Part shown: one piece after another, positions 1 to 7,544 of the stretch
Layout of the letters: each line of letters starts with the position of its first letter
Position numbering within the stretch: the stretch's first letter is position 1
IMG/VR virus record: IMGVR_UViG_3300033562_000527
Span: 1-24,868 of that record
Direction: 5' to 3' (one strand)
Length of the DNA stretch: 24,868 bases
DNA from: a virus
Taxonomy: Duplodnaviria; Caudoviricetes
Translations under genes and position numbers: made by a program
The notes under the pieces: generated by a model
Told to the model about the DNA's origin: nothing
Database searches by the model: none
What the model saw: the letters and a program-made list of their open reading frames with translations, nothing else

Positions 1-166
1 AGTTGTTAACGCAATGCTGGATGTAGGCTATGGCTTGCTCTTGGTCTTTCATTGTTAAGCCTGATAACGACTTAAACTTACCTTCGTACTCAAAATCTAC
101 CTCGAATCCGTGTGAATAACAAAGTCCTACTTGCCAAGGCAGCGGCATTGATTCTGGTGGTTTCAT
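1..166 (-). CDS. hypothetical protein, partial (runs off the window)
   Basis: ATG at 166 preceded by a GAGGGGG RBS; open frame MKPPESMPLPWQVGLCYSHGFEVDFEYEGKFK... to the edge. Confidence 0.6.
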   Translation of the reverse strand, partial: MKPPESMPLPWQVGLCYSHGFEVDFEYEGKFKSLSGLTMKDQEQAIAYIQHCVNN

Positions 167-181
167 TTTATCACCCCCTCA

Positions 182-447
182 TTAAGCTTTTACAATTTTC
201 CAATCGTACAACCAATTAAACCAAGCATTGCTCAAGTTGGCGTCTCTCAAGTTGGTATTGCTCAAGTTGGTATTGCTCAAGTTGGCATCTCTCAAGTCGG
301 CCTCATTCTCAAGTCGGCCTCATTCTCAACACCCCATTTAACAGCCATACCAAGCTTGATTGATAAAGGAGTGTATTCTGCACTATCAATATCAGCTTCA
401 AACTTAACTTTATCAGTCCATCTGTTTTTTATAGGTTGTTTAATCAT
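182..447 (-). pseudogene. pentapeptide-repeat protein frameshifted by a 17-nt tandem duplication
   Basis: MIKQPIKNRWTDKVKFEADI...AVKWGVENEADLR then TGA at 294-292; removing one copy of ctcaagtcggcctcatt (291-307/308-324) restores ADLRD-ANLSN-TNLSN-TNLRD-ANLSN and an 82-aa ORF ending at TAA 184-182. Confidence 0.75.
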
Positions 448-465
448 TTTCTTATCCTTTCTTTA

Positions 466-774
466 CTATTTCGTCGCATCATTAATTGCATCATAACACT
501 GCTTTTCAAATTTACCAGCACCTTTACATATTTGACTTGCGTTTAATGCCGCGCTTTCATCGTATTTACCACCGACATACTCCCCTGTCCTAGGATCATA
601 ATGTGCGAAGTCTTCCGCAACCATCTTTTGCCGATGTTGTAGCGTACCGACAAAAATACCCAATTCTAACACACCTACCATAATAAAAGGCAAGAGTAGC
701 GCAATTTTTACTGTATTGTTCTTTGTATTTCCAGACCCACCAATTGTTCTTGGTTCCAATGTTCTAATCTTCAT
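466..774 (-). CDS. hypothetical single-pass membrane protein
   Basis: Hydrophobic segment IALLLPFIMVGVLELGIFV; start overlaps the denV stop; AGGAG RBS. Confidence 0.7.
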   Translation of the reverse strand: MKIRTLEPRTIGGSGNTKNNTVKIALLLPFIMVGVLELGIFVGTLQHRQKMVAEDFAHYDPRTGEYVGGKYDESAALNASQICKGAGKFEKQCYDAINDATK

Positions 775-1133
775 TTTATTCTCCTTTTGAACTGACTAAT
801 ACGTTCGGCTATACGGGTGCGATTAAGTGCGATGGCTTCTGGTGTTGGAATGTAGTCGTTATGTAAAGCTGGGTCGATAGTTGTATAATACGGCTCTTGG
901 TATTGTGGCTTAAAACCGCGCTTTTCAAGCTCAATCACAAGCTGGTAAAACCTATCAATCAAGTATTGCAACTTATCATAGAAAAACTTCACATGACCTG
1001 TGCCAAGGACGTATTCTTTCGGTGCGTCGGGGCAAGACCTAGCTAAGGTGAACACGCGAGGCAACTCACGATACTCAGCCAGAAGGTGTTTGTCACAAAG
1101 CTCTTCTACAGGCACAACATTAATTCGTGTCAT
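771..1133 (-). CDS. denV: pyrimidine dimer DNA glycosylase / endonuclease V (T4 DenV family)
   Basis: MTRINVVPVEELCDKHLLAEYRELPRVF and YVLGTGHVKFFYDKL match the T4 endonuclease V signature. Confidence 0.95.
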   Translation of the reverse strand: MTRINVVPVEELCDKHLLAEYRELPRVFTLARSCPDAPKEYVLGTGHVKFFYDKLQYLIDRFYQLVIELEKRGFKPQYQEPYYTTIDPALHNDYIPTPEAIALNRTRIAERISQFKRRIK

Positions 1134-1135
1134 AA

Positions 1136-1597
1136 CTACACCTCGTCTATTTTTGTAAACATTACTTCGTTTACTTTATCGCCGTTTTTATCAAACCAAT
1201 ACTCATTGGCCTTTATACCCTCCTCTATGTACTCGGTAGAAGTGACACTATCGTACTCTGCTTGTAATAATTTTAAAACAAATATTTCCAACTTCGTTTT
1301 AAAATTATTTTCGGCGTTTTCAACAGAAGCGTCGTAATTTTTACAAAAATCCAATTCATACAACTGATACAACGCCTTTGCTGCTTCCAAAAAGTCATAA
1401 CGCAACACGATGTTAATATCGCGACGGTCTAAATCAAAACAACTACAAAACACGCCGCATTCATTCAAGTCCGTACAAACACTATCCCACCAAGTGTCTT
1501 CTGACACAACTCGTTCATACCACAGGCGGGCTTTTGCACGGGCGGGGGGTGTTAATTCATTGTACTGATAAAGAAGGATTTTAAAGGATGTAGGCAT
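1136..1597 (-). CDS. conserved phage hypothetical protein
   Basis: AGGAGA RBS directly downstream of a promoter; YQYNEL..ARAKARLWY...IKANEYWF pattern recalled from other phage proteins; function unknown. Confidence 0.75.
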   Translation of the reverse strand: MPTSFKILLYQYNELTPPARAKARLWYERVVSEDTWWDSVCTDLNECGVFCSCFDLDRRDINIVLRYDFLEAAKALYQLYELDFCKNYDASVENAENNFKTKLEIFVLKLLQAEYDSVTSTEYIEEGIKANEYWFDKNGDKVNEVMFTKIDEV

Positions 1598-1630
1598 GTT
1601 TATCTCCTATTTTGTATCCCTAACTAAAAC

Positions 1631-1659
1631 ATTATAACACGTCTTCACGTTTCTGTCAA
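1631..1659 (-). promoter_or_regulatory. sigma70-type promoter (early promoter copy 1)
   Basis: Minus strand TTGACA(1659-1654)-N17-TATAAT(1636-1631), with TGTGT-like extension (cgtgt). Confidence 0.9.
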
Positions 1660-2126
1660 GTGTCTGTTGGAACTTTACGCTTAATAGTCATAGTGCGGTG
1701 CAATTCACAATAAGGGGAACCATCCACTACGACCCTGCCGCAACACAAAGGCACCCCTGCCTTTTCATACCCTTCGGGCCAACGGCAATGATAACGGTCG
1801 GCATCTTGTAAACGTACGGGACCTTTATAATCCTTTCGTTCATTTATAATCCTTTCGATGCGTTCTTTACGCTTGTCCACGATTTTTTTAATACGCTCTT
1901 CTAAGATTTTCCCTTTGGGCAAGACGACTTCCTTCCTTCTACCGAATTTTATATTATTTCTATTCGCGTATCCAGCAACCGCGTTGCGTGAAATACCCAA
2001 TAACATACCAACTTCAGTGTATGTTTTACCTTCTTGTGCACACTGTAACATAAAAGCATACTTTTCTGCTTTTGCTTTAGACAACAAATCTACAACTGCA
2101 ACACTCGTAACTATTTCGCTATTCAT
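1656..2126 (-). CDS. gcrA: GcrA-like cell-cycle regulator / sigma70 co-activator
   Basis: N-terminal HTH EGKTYTEVGMLLGISRNAVAGYANR and C-terminal L..ADRYHCRWPEG...CG......SPYCELH, the two GcrA-family hallmarks. Confidence 0.85.
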   Translation of the reverse strand: MNSEIVTSVAVVDLLSKAKAEKYAFMLQCAQEGKTYTEVGMLLGISRNAVAGYANRNNIKFGRRKEVVLPKGKILEERIKKIVDKRKERIERIINERKDYKGPVRLQDADRYHCRWPEGYEKAGVPLCCGRVVVDGSPYCELHRTMTIKRKVPTDT

Positions 2127-2341
2127 GAATTAAACCCCCTATTGATACGTGACGAAGGCCGCAACTCGCCTAATTTATACGATAACACCCAAGTGCGTAA
2201 TTCGTCCTCCGACATATTGTGAAGACGAAGAAACCGACAAACATCAAGCTTGTTTTTAGACAAACGCCTCACGACATACGCTTTGTAAGATTTAACATAC
2301 CTTACGCGCTTAGTGTATAGATCTTCAGGAAAGTATTGCAT
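2123..2341 (-). CDS. hypothetical basic protein
   Basis: ORF in operon context; probable start MQYFPED at 2341; stop overlaps the gcrA start. Confidence 0.55.
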   Translation of the reverse strand: MQYFPEDLYTKRVRYVKSYKAYVVRRLSKNKLDVCRFLRLHNMSEDELRTWVLSYKLGELRPSSRINRGFNS

Positions 2342-2343
2342 GT

Positions 2344-2424
2344 TCACCCCAAGGCGCAACGCGCCACAACAACAATTAACAATATAAAAACGGCAAAGTC
2401 TGTTATTCTAAGTTTAACCCCCAT
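2344..2424 (-). CDS. small hydrophobic peptide (26 aa)
   Basis: MGVKLRITDFAVFILLIVVVARCALG; GGAGGA RBS; fills the gap between neighbours exactly. Confidence 0.45.
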   Translation of the reverse strand: MGVKLRITDFAVFILLIVVVARCALG

Positions 2425-2754
2425 TTAATCCTCCACACTTTCTATTTGATAATTAGGGTCTTCGTAATTAGGACACAATGTCCATTCAGAATCTTGAGCA
2501 ACATACGCCTTTTCATATGCCTCGTCCTCGCTACGCGCTTCCACCACTGTATTATACACAAGAAACGCACCACGAGAAATTATATACTTTCGCTTTTTGA
2601 TATTCAGCGCATTGTAAGCTTGTTCGGCACTACGCACCAAAAAATAAGGGGGTTGAAATAATACAGTCTCTCCTGTCTCTCTTGCCTTTTCTGATTCTAA
2701 AAAAGCCTCCAAAACTTCTTTAATATTTTCAAGTGTTTCTTCATTTATTTCCAT
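2425..2754 (-). CDS. hypothetical protein
   Basis: AATAGGAGA RBS; C-terminal VEARSEDEAYEKA motif common in small phage proteins. Confidence 0.75.
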   Translation of the reverse strand: MEINEETLENIKEVLEAFLESEKARETGETVLFQPPYFLVRSAEQAYNALNIKKRKYIISRGAFLVYNTVVEARSEDEAYEKAYVAQDSEWTLCPNYEDPNYQIESVED

Positions 2755-2770
2755 TTTACTCTCCTATTTG

Positions 2771-3049
2771 TTAAACTAGTTGAATCACATTGCCATAACG
2801 AAAGTAGGGGTGGCCGTTGACACAACCATCCGGAGTCGAAAAATCACAAGCCTTTTGACTAAAAACTTCTTTCACTCGTTCCGTAGCAAGTAAAACTTCA
2901 TTATCGGTCAACCCTTCAAAAGGTACATTATTAGCAAAAGCAGACAACTTTTTATTGAAAACAGCTTGCTCAAGAGCAGCACAGTGAGCCTCGAAATAGT
3001 CATCGATAGGCTCGAAAAGCCAACTCGGATCGTCTATAAACTCAACCAT
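2771..3049 (-). CDS. hypothetical protein
   Basis: ORF in operon; probable start MVEFIDD at 3049 after GGGGG. Confidence 0.6.
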   Translation of the reverse strand: MVEFIDDPSWLFEPIDDYFEAHCAALEQAVFNKKLSAFANNVPFEGLTDNEVLLATERVKEVFSQKACDFSTPDGCVNGHPYFRYGNVIQLV

Positions 3050-3146
3050 ATTGCCCCCGTCATAACAGTTGTAAAAAGACCGATAAACCATATTGAGCAC
3101 CAAGCAGCGATACAAAACAGGTAAAACAATTTCTCATACGCGCCAA

Positions 3147-3362
3147 TCACACCTGCTCTCCTTCTTTGTATTTGGTTTGCAGTGGCCGATAATTGTCACC
3201 AGCCGTTTTTCCACATTCGGGACAAGGCATCGTAGGGATTACATTCTGATAATAATTAGCATCATCGTAACCTCTTCCCTTTTTTGTTGCCCCGCAATGT
3301 TCGCACTCATAAATTGCATGAAAGTCGCGCCTACTTTGATCTATTATTTCCTTTATTCTCAT
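3147..3362 (-). CDS. small zinc-ribbon protein
   Basis: CEHC...CPEC; GGGAGA RBS. Confidence 0.8.
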   Translation of the reverse strand: MRIKEIIDQSRRDFHAIYECEHCGATKKGRGYDDANYYQNVIPTMPCPECGKTAGDNYRPLQTKYKEGEQV

Positions 3363-3383
3363 TTTGTTCTCCCATTTGTCAAG

Positions 3384-3584
3384 TTAATCCGGTTGTTTTA
3401 CCAAGTTTGCGTGTGCCAAGGCCGCAAAAATATCGTCCAATACTGCTTTTATTCCAGCGATGACTTCTTGCTCACTAGTAACGGGCAAGGACTGTAACAA
3501 ACTATCCACATCAATCAGTGTATTAATGCACTGAAACAAATAAGTGTCGGAGTCAAAACAAGAAGTGATTGTGGAGTCGGACAT
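3384..3584 (-). CDS. hypothetical protein
   Basis: Start MSDSTITS at 3584 with CAGGAGA RBS, downstream of promoter copy 2. Confidence 0.7.
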   Translation of the reverse strand: MSDSTITSCFDSDTYLFQCINTLIDVDSLLQSLPVTSEQEVIAGIKAVLDDIFAALAHANLVKQPD

Positions 3585-3623
3585 TTTGTTCTCCTGTTTA
3601 GTAGTGGTATCTCTTACTAAAAC

Positions 3624-3652
3624 ATTATAACACATTCACAATCGTCTGTCAA
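3624..3652 (-). promoter_or_regulatory. sigma70-type promoter (early promoter copy 2)
   Basis: TTGACA(3652-3647)-N17-TATAAT(3629-3624). Confidence 0.9.
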
Positions 3653-3849
3653 GTGTCTGTTGGAACTTCTTCCAAATAATCATTGTGTAGGGAATAAGGG
3701 GTCACTAGTCCGTCCCATAACACTTGAGTATAATTTTTATGGAGGTATGGACTGCGCCAAGGAATAACCGTACCTTGTCTATTCGGGTCACTCCTGACAA
3801 AAAGTCCTACACTTAATGCTCTTTTTGATAATTTAACCCGAATAGACAT
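3649..3849 (-). CDS. hypothetical protein
   Basis: ORF with GAAAGG RBS in operon context. Confidence 0.65.
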   Translation of the reverse strand: MSIRVKLSKRALSVGLFVRSDPNRQGTVIPWRSPYLHKNYTQVLWDGLVTPYSLHNDYLEEVPTDT

Positions 3850-3854
3850 GTTGA

Positions 3855-4040
3855 TTACCTTTCTGTAGGTTGAGAATGAGCGGCGTACGTGGACCGACGA
3901 ACCGAAGAACGAGAATGCTTGAGATATAATAAACAGGCCACCACTACCGAATGAGAGCGACGCGTGCCACGGGCGCGTTCGCGTAACAACGTATTTATCG
4001 TAGAGCGGCGCGTTTCCAAAGTAGTAAAAAGGTCAGTCAT
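3855..4040 (-). CDS. hypothetical Arg-rich protein
   Basis: AAGGGGGG RBS; operon context. Confidence 0.5.
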   Translation of the reverse strand: MTDLFTTLETRRSTINTLLRERARGTRRSHSVVVACLLYLKHSRSSVRRSTYAAHSQPTER

Positions 4041-4056
4041 GAAAACTACCCCCCTT

Positions 4057-4191
4057 CTATTTTTTCTGTGTTACGTGTAATCTAGCCACGTATCCCTGTT
4101 CCCACCCATCACGATAAGCACTATTTACGGATATACTAATCACGAAAAACGAGACGACCGCGCCAATTATCACCCCAAAAAGAAATGTCAT
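4057..4191 (-). CDS. small membrane protein (44 aa)
   Basis: MTFLFGVIIGAVVSFFVISISVNSAYRDGWEQGY...; AGGAGG RBS; not in the supplied ORF track. Confidence 0.6.
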   Translation of the reverse strand: MTFLFGVIIGAVVSFFVISISVNSAYRDGWEQGYVARLHVTQKK

Positions 4192-4192
4192 G

Positions 4193-4378
4193 TTAATCCT
4201 CCTTCATTTTAATTAATACCGACAAACTTTCGATGGCAATGTCTAATTTGGACTCGATGGCATCAAGTCGTTTAGGGATAGTTACTTCATTTAAGTATTG
4301 CTGCTCTAATATATTCATTTTCCGAAGGTGTTCTGCTTGGGCCTCTCTATTCCGTGCTGTCGATTCCAATTCAAACAT
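4193..4378 (-). CDS. hypothetical coiled-coil protein
   Basis: GGAGGGAG RBS; helical heptad pattern. Confidence 0.65.
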   Translation of the reverse strand: MFELESTARNREAQAEHLRKMNILEQQYLNEVTIPKRLDAIESKLDIAIESLSVLIKMKED

Positions 4379-4411
4379 CGTACTGACTCCCTCCAGTTAA
4401 GAATTCCGGAA

Positions 4412-5041
4412 TTACTCTGTGGGAATTACCTCGCCACAAATCACCACCCGCTCCTTGCGGCGCAATTTGGCACGTAATACATTGGCTAAATTCATACGCT
4501 GCATACCGCGATTAAGATGTTGCCAAACGAATGGCAGGCCATTCTCTACCGCAATAGAAGAAAGAACAGATTCGTTGCCGAGAAGAGCAGTGGATAGGGC
4601 ACGTGCCAAGACGTCACCGTTGCTCGTGCCACTAAGCCCCGCGTACCGATCTTTAAATTCCTTCTTTACAACAGAGCGGTTCAAAGAAGATACTTCGGGT
4701 GCGTCTTCGTCGGTCGGGGGCACCGATACAAGAGAAGAAGAGACAGGAGGCACGGAAAATACCTTAGCAGACCCAAGAGAGGGTACCGACATAAAGGGGG
4801 CAGGTGTCTCGTCCCCCGCAGATTTGAGTTTACCGAATCCTGCAGTATCGAGAGGGGTCAAATGTAAAGTTTTAATAAAACTGTCCATTAAAACAGGCAA
4901 ATCGTGACCCGATGCAAAACGGTTACTAGGATCATGTGTCACGCGCCAGCCATTCTTGATAGGTTGGATAGAAATCCCGTATGCCGTGGCACGAGCCGCA
5001 GTCTTATGATGGATTGTAGGTTTTAATGTGAGGGTCGCCAT
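4412..5041 (-). CDS. hypothetical protein
   Basis: 209-aa ORF, AATAGGAGA RBS, directly downstream of promoter copy 3; Ser/Pro-rich linker between two domains. Confidence 0.8.
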   Translation of the reverse strand: MATLTLKPTIHHKTAARATAYGISIQPIKNGWRVTHDPSNRFASGHDLPVLMDSFIKTLHLTPLDTAGFGKLKSAGDETPAPFMSVPSLGSAKVFSVPPVSSSLVSVPPTDEDAPEVSSLNRSVVKKEFKDRYAGLSGTSNGDVLARALSTALLGNESVLSSIAVENGLPFVWQHLNRGMQRMNLANVLRAKLRRKERVVICGEVIPTE

Positions 5042-5076
5042 GGTTATTCTCCTATTTGTTGTCCTATTACCAAAAT

Positions 5077-5105
5077 ATTATAACACATTCGAAAGCGTCT
5101 GTCAA
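5077..5105 (-). promoter_or_regulatory. sigma70-type promoter (early promoter copy 3)
   Basis: TTGACA(5105-5100)-N17-TATAAT(5082-5077). Confidence 0.9.
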
Positions 5106-5131
5106 GTATTTGTAAAGAGAAGAGGAGAAAC

Positions 5132-5160
5132 TTGACAAAGAAAAGAGGGTATGGTATATT
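5132..5160 (+). promoter_or_regulatory. sigma70-type promoter with extended -10, pointing into the non-coding region
   Basis: TTGACA(5132-5137)-N17-TATATT(5155-5160), with TG at 5152-5153. Confidence 0.85.
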
Positions 5161-5165
5161 GAGAC

Positions 5166-5905
5166 ACTGGCTGAGATAGTGTAGAAGACAGTCCAGATTA
5201 CAGGCGTAATACAAAAGCCTCTATGCTGCCCTGATTTAAGGTGGTTGGTGACGAAGAGATAGATGCGTATTTAGGTAAGTAGCTCCGAAACATCTGTTGA
5301 ACGCTCATAGGGCCTGATAACTGTAGTAAAAATAGCTTCGGCTATCGCGTAGAAGAGACTGAATAAAGATGCAGCAAGCGTAGGGATTTAATCCGGATTT
5401 CATTAAGACGTCCATCCTCTTAATGCGGGATACCGAGGAGAAACCCAACCGGTGATGTATTGATCCGAGATAACGGACAACCAGTGGTCATTATTGCTCC
5501 TGCATCGCACGACCCGACCCTACAACAGTCAAATTTACGTAGTAACTGGCACGGGGGGCGCATGCGCTATGTGAAATAGCTATTCCCCTTAATTGTGAAA
5601 AACATGTCGCGGTTTTGCGTCGCGTAGACAAAAGAAATTGAAAGCAAACCCATGTGGTGTTAAGGGTATGAGTGTCAGCATCACCGGATTGAATCCGTCC
5701 CAAAGCATATAAGAGTTGTAAGTTGTATCGTGGATAACGCCCCTTGCTTGAACCTACCATATCATGTGATAGATTTCAATGCCGGAAAATGGTAAATCGG
5801 AGACCCTACGAAACGATATAAGACTGCAACACTGAGAGACCGCTCTGACAACGAGGAACCCCCTCGGAATCGGAGCAAAAACTTGCGTAAAAAACGAAAT
5901 TACGG
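5166..5905 (+). ncRNA. candidate large structured non-coding RNA (~740 nt), family unassigned
   Basis: Own promoter, no credible ORF, many nested long-range helices, a C(UUCG)G hairpin at 5332-5345 and two putative pseudoknots (see findings); ends approximate. Confidence 0.7.
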
Positions 5906-6146
5906 GATTTAAATAAGAAAGAGAAGAAGAAAGTAAGAAGAGACACGTGCCACGAGCCACCGTCGAAAAAAAACTTAAGTGCGGTGCACAATGAAATTTC
6001 TTTTTTCCCCTACTTTCTCTCTTAAAAAAAGGAAAGGAAAAATAATTTAACACAAAAAAACGGGTCATCTGTCAAGTATTTGTCAAAATGACGGCTAAAA
6101 TGACATTTTTTACACAACGAGGTCCAGTAAACTTTAGAACCTAAGT

Positions 6147-6198
6147 AAACCGAGAAAATACGTTTCACGCCTTTCCCCGACGGGCTTCTCGGTTTTTT
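6147..6198 (+). terminator. possible intrinsic terminator / stem-loop
   Basis: aaaccgagaa(6147-6156)/ttctcggttt(6186-6195) stem running into a T-tract; the 29-nt loop is atypically large. Confidence 0.3.
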
Positions 6199-6318
6199 CT
6201 TATATTTTGTTTCACGAACGCAACTAAGTCGAGTAGGGGCATTAGGTATCGGGATACCGCATTGTTGCTCTCTTGCCACATATCTCGTGACATATTTTGC
6301 GGTATCTCCAATTGTTTT

Positions 6319-6549
6319 TCAGCCCCCTCCCTGATTACAACTTTCAGTTGTAGGGCCTATTTCGGGGTTGTCACTTTCCATATATCTCCAAGTTGTTTGT
6401 CCTCCGAATTCGGGATACTTGGCCCATGGCGGACAATTCGGACACGTGTTGTGGTGTCCCCAGCTCCAAGTTTCTCCATAGTGGTTTGTGTTTTGTTTTC
6501 CAACATACCCGCATCGGGTGCACTCGTAGCGTTTTTCTGTTATTTCCAT
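6319..6549 (-). CDS. small zinc-ribbon protein
   Basis: CTRC...CPNC; GGAGGA RBS. Confidence 0.75.
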   Translation of the reverse strand: MEITEKRYECTRCGYVGKQNTNHYGETWSWGHHNTCPNCPPWAKYPEFGGQTTWRYMESDNPEIGPTTESCNQGGG

Positions 6550-6622
6550 TTTATCCTCCGCTATATTAATAGCTTGGCATACGCCAAGACGTTTCGGGAC
6601 TACCTCCTCGTGGCACGGGACA

Positions 6623-6811
6623 CTATTCGCTCATGTACCATGACCCGCAATCGTTGCCGTTTATGTCCTTCAACGTGTGTTCTATTCCCGCCTCTGCTCC
6701 TTGTACAGTTATGGAATTAGCTAATTGCCTCAAGATTCGTGCCACTTCCCTTTCTGGTTCACCTTTGAATGTGTCGTTGTCTGTGTCGATTATCACTGTA
6801 AATTTAGGCAT
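6623..6811 (-). CDS. conserved small phage protein
   Basis: Start MPKFTVIIDTDNDTF at 6811 with CAGGAGGA RBS; EVARILRQLA...LKDINGNDCG pattern. Confidence 0.8.
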   Translation of the reverse strand: MPKFTVIIDTDNDTFKGEPEREVARILRQLANSITVQGAEAGIEHTLKDINGNDCGSWYMSE

Positions 6812-6848
6812 GTTCTGTTCCTCCTGTTTGAGTGTTTCCAACGTCTTT

Positions 6849-7034
6849 TTAACGTGTCGCGATTGTTCCGTTCCGGAATGTGCGAAACAAACCGCCAGAC
6901 CCGTAAACGAGTATGTCGGTCTCGTCGTAGTCCAGCGATTCTTGCGTCGCAAATTCCTTCATGTCGGGCCAGTGGTCCGTTTGGAACACGACACGCGGAG
7001 ATGGGGTGTTTGTGTTAAGAGCTATGTAAGCCAT
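6849..7034 (-). CDS. hypothetical protein
   Basis: ACAGGAGA RBS within a repeated leader. Confidence 0.7.
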   Translation of the reverse strand: MAYIALNTNTPSPRVVFQTDHWPDMKEFATQESLDYDETDILVYGSGGLFRTFRNGTIATR

Positions 7035-7041
7035 AGGGATT

Positions 7042-7299
7042 CTCCTGTTGTGTTAAGGGGTTACTGATGTGTGGTTAAGAAGGCGGAGAGTGATGAGCTG
7101 ATGACGCGTTCTACTTCCTCCATTTCTACTAGCTCGTTTGCCAGCGTCGCGATGTCTGCTGGCGTCTTGTCCTTGTCTTCCTCTTCTCGTTGGTCTAGCC
7201 AGTCTTGTCCTAGGCGACGAGCTACCTCGTCTAGTAGCTCGTGCCACGTGGCTTCTGTTAGGGTTGTGGGCATGGTCGTGTCCTCCTGTTGTGTTAAGG
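7042..7299 (-). repeat. 17-bp direct repeat leader containing the RBS (ccttaacacaacaggag on the minus strand)
   Basis: ctcctgttgtgttaagg at 7042-7058 and 7283-7299, each just upstream of a small gene. Confidence 0.85.
7061..7273 (-). CDS. small acidic hypothetical protein
   Basis: ACAGGAGGA RBS; D/E-rich helical protein. Confidence 0.75.
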   Translation of the reverse strand: MPTTLTEATWHELLDEVARRLGQDWLDQREEEDKDKTPADIATLANELVEMEEVERVISSSLSAFLTTHQ

Positions 7300-7337
7300 T
7301 GTAACGGGTCTCGATGTTTTCCGACGCTTTTTGTGGT

Positions 7338-7544
7338 CTAAAGAGCCAAGATGCCTTGGGCTATCGCCTCTATCTTCTTGGTTAGGTCCAAGGCTAGCAT
7401 CGCGCTGGACTTCCGCCCAGCTTGGTTGCTGTCGCCCTTTGCGTAGTTGGTTGCGTCGTCTGCGATTTGTTGTGCGATCTCGGCGATGCAGATCAGGGAA
7501 AAGCTAGCTGCATGGTCTGCGTAGGTGTGTTCGGTCATGGTCAT
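7338..7544 (-). CDS. hypothetical protein, first gene of the leftward arm
   Basis: Start at 7544 or 7538 after AAGAGGA, downstream of promoter copy 4. Confidence 0.7.
   Translation of the reverse strand: MTMTEHTYADHAASFSLICIAEIAQQIADDATNYAKGDSNQAGRKSSAMLALDLTKKIEAIAQGILAL

Noticed and set aside
5181-5361. Group I intron P7-like pairing: GAGACUG (5355-5361, bulged A) with CAGUCC (5189-5194), preceded by a P8-like hairpin
   Set aside because: The two strands are in the reverse order to a group I intron, I could not find P3/P4/P6, and no host gene is interrupted. Simple nested pairing explains it. A permuted ribozyme cannot be fully excluded without covariance analysis.
5547-5562. Partial sigma54-like site TGGCACG-gggg-GCGCA inside the RNA candidate
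   Set aside because: Lacks the TT of the -12 element, and the bases are accounted for by predicted RNA helices.
5491-6279. Minus-strand ORFs 5491-5760, 5754-6068, 5806-5991 and 6022-6279
   Set aside because: No RBS, low-complexity F/S-rich translations, and they overlap the structured RNA and promoter-like repeats; likely spurious.
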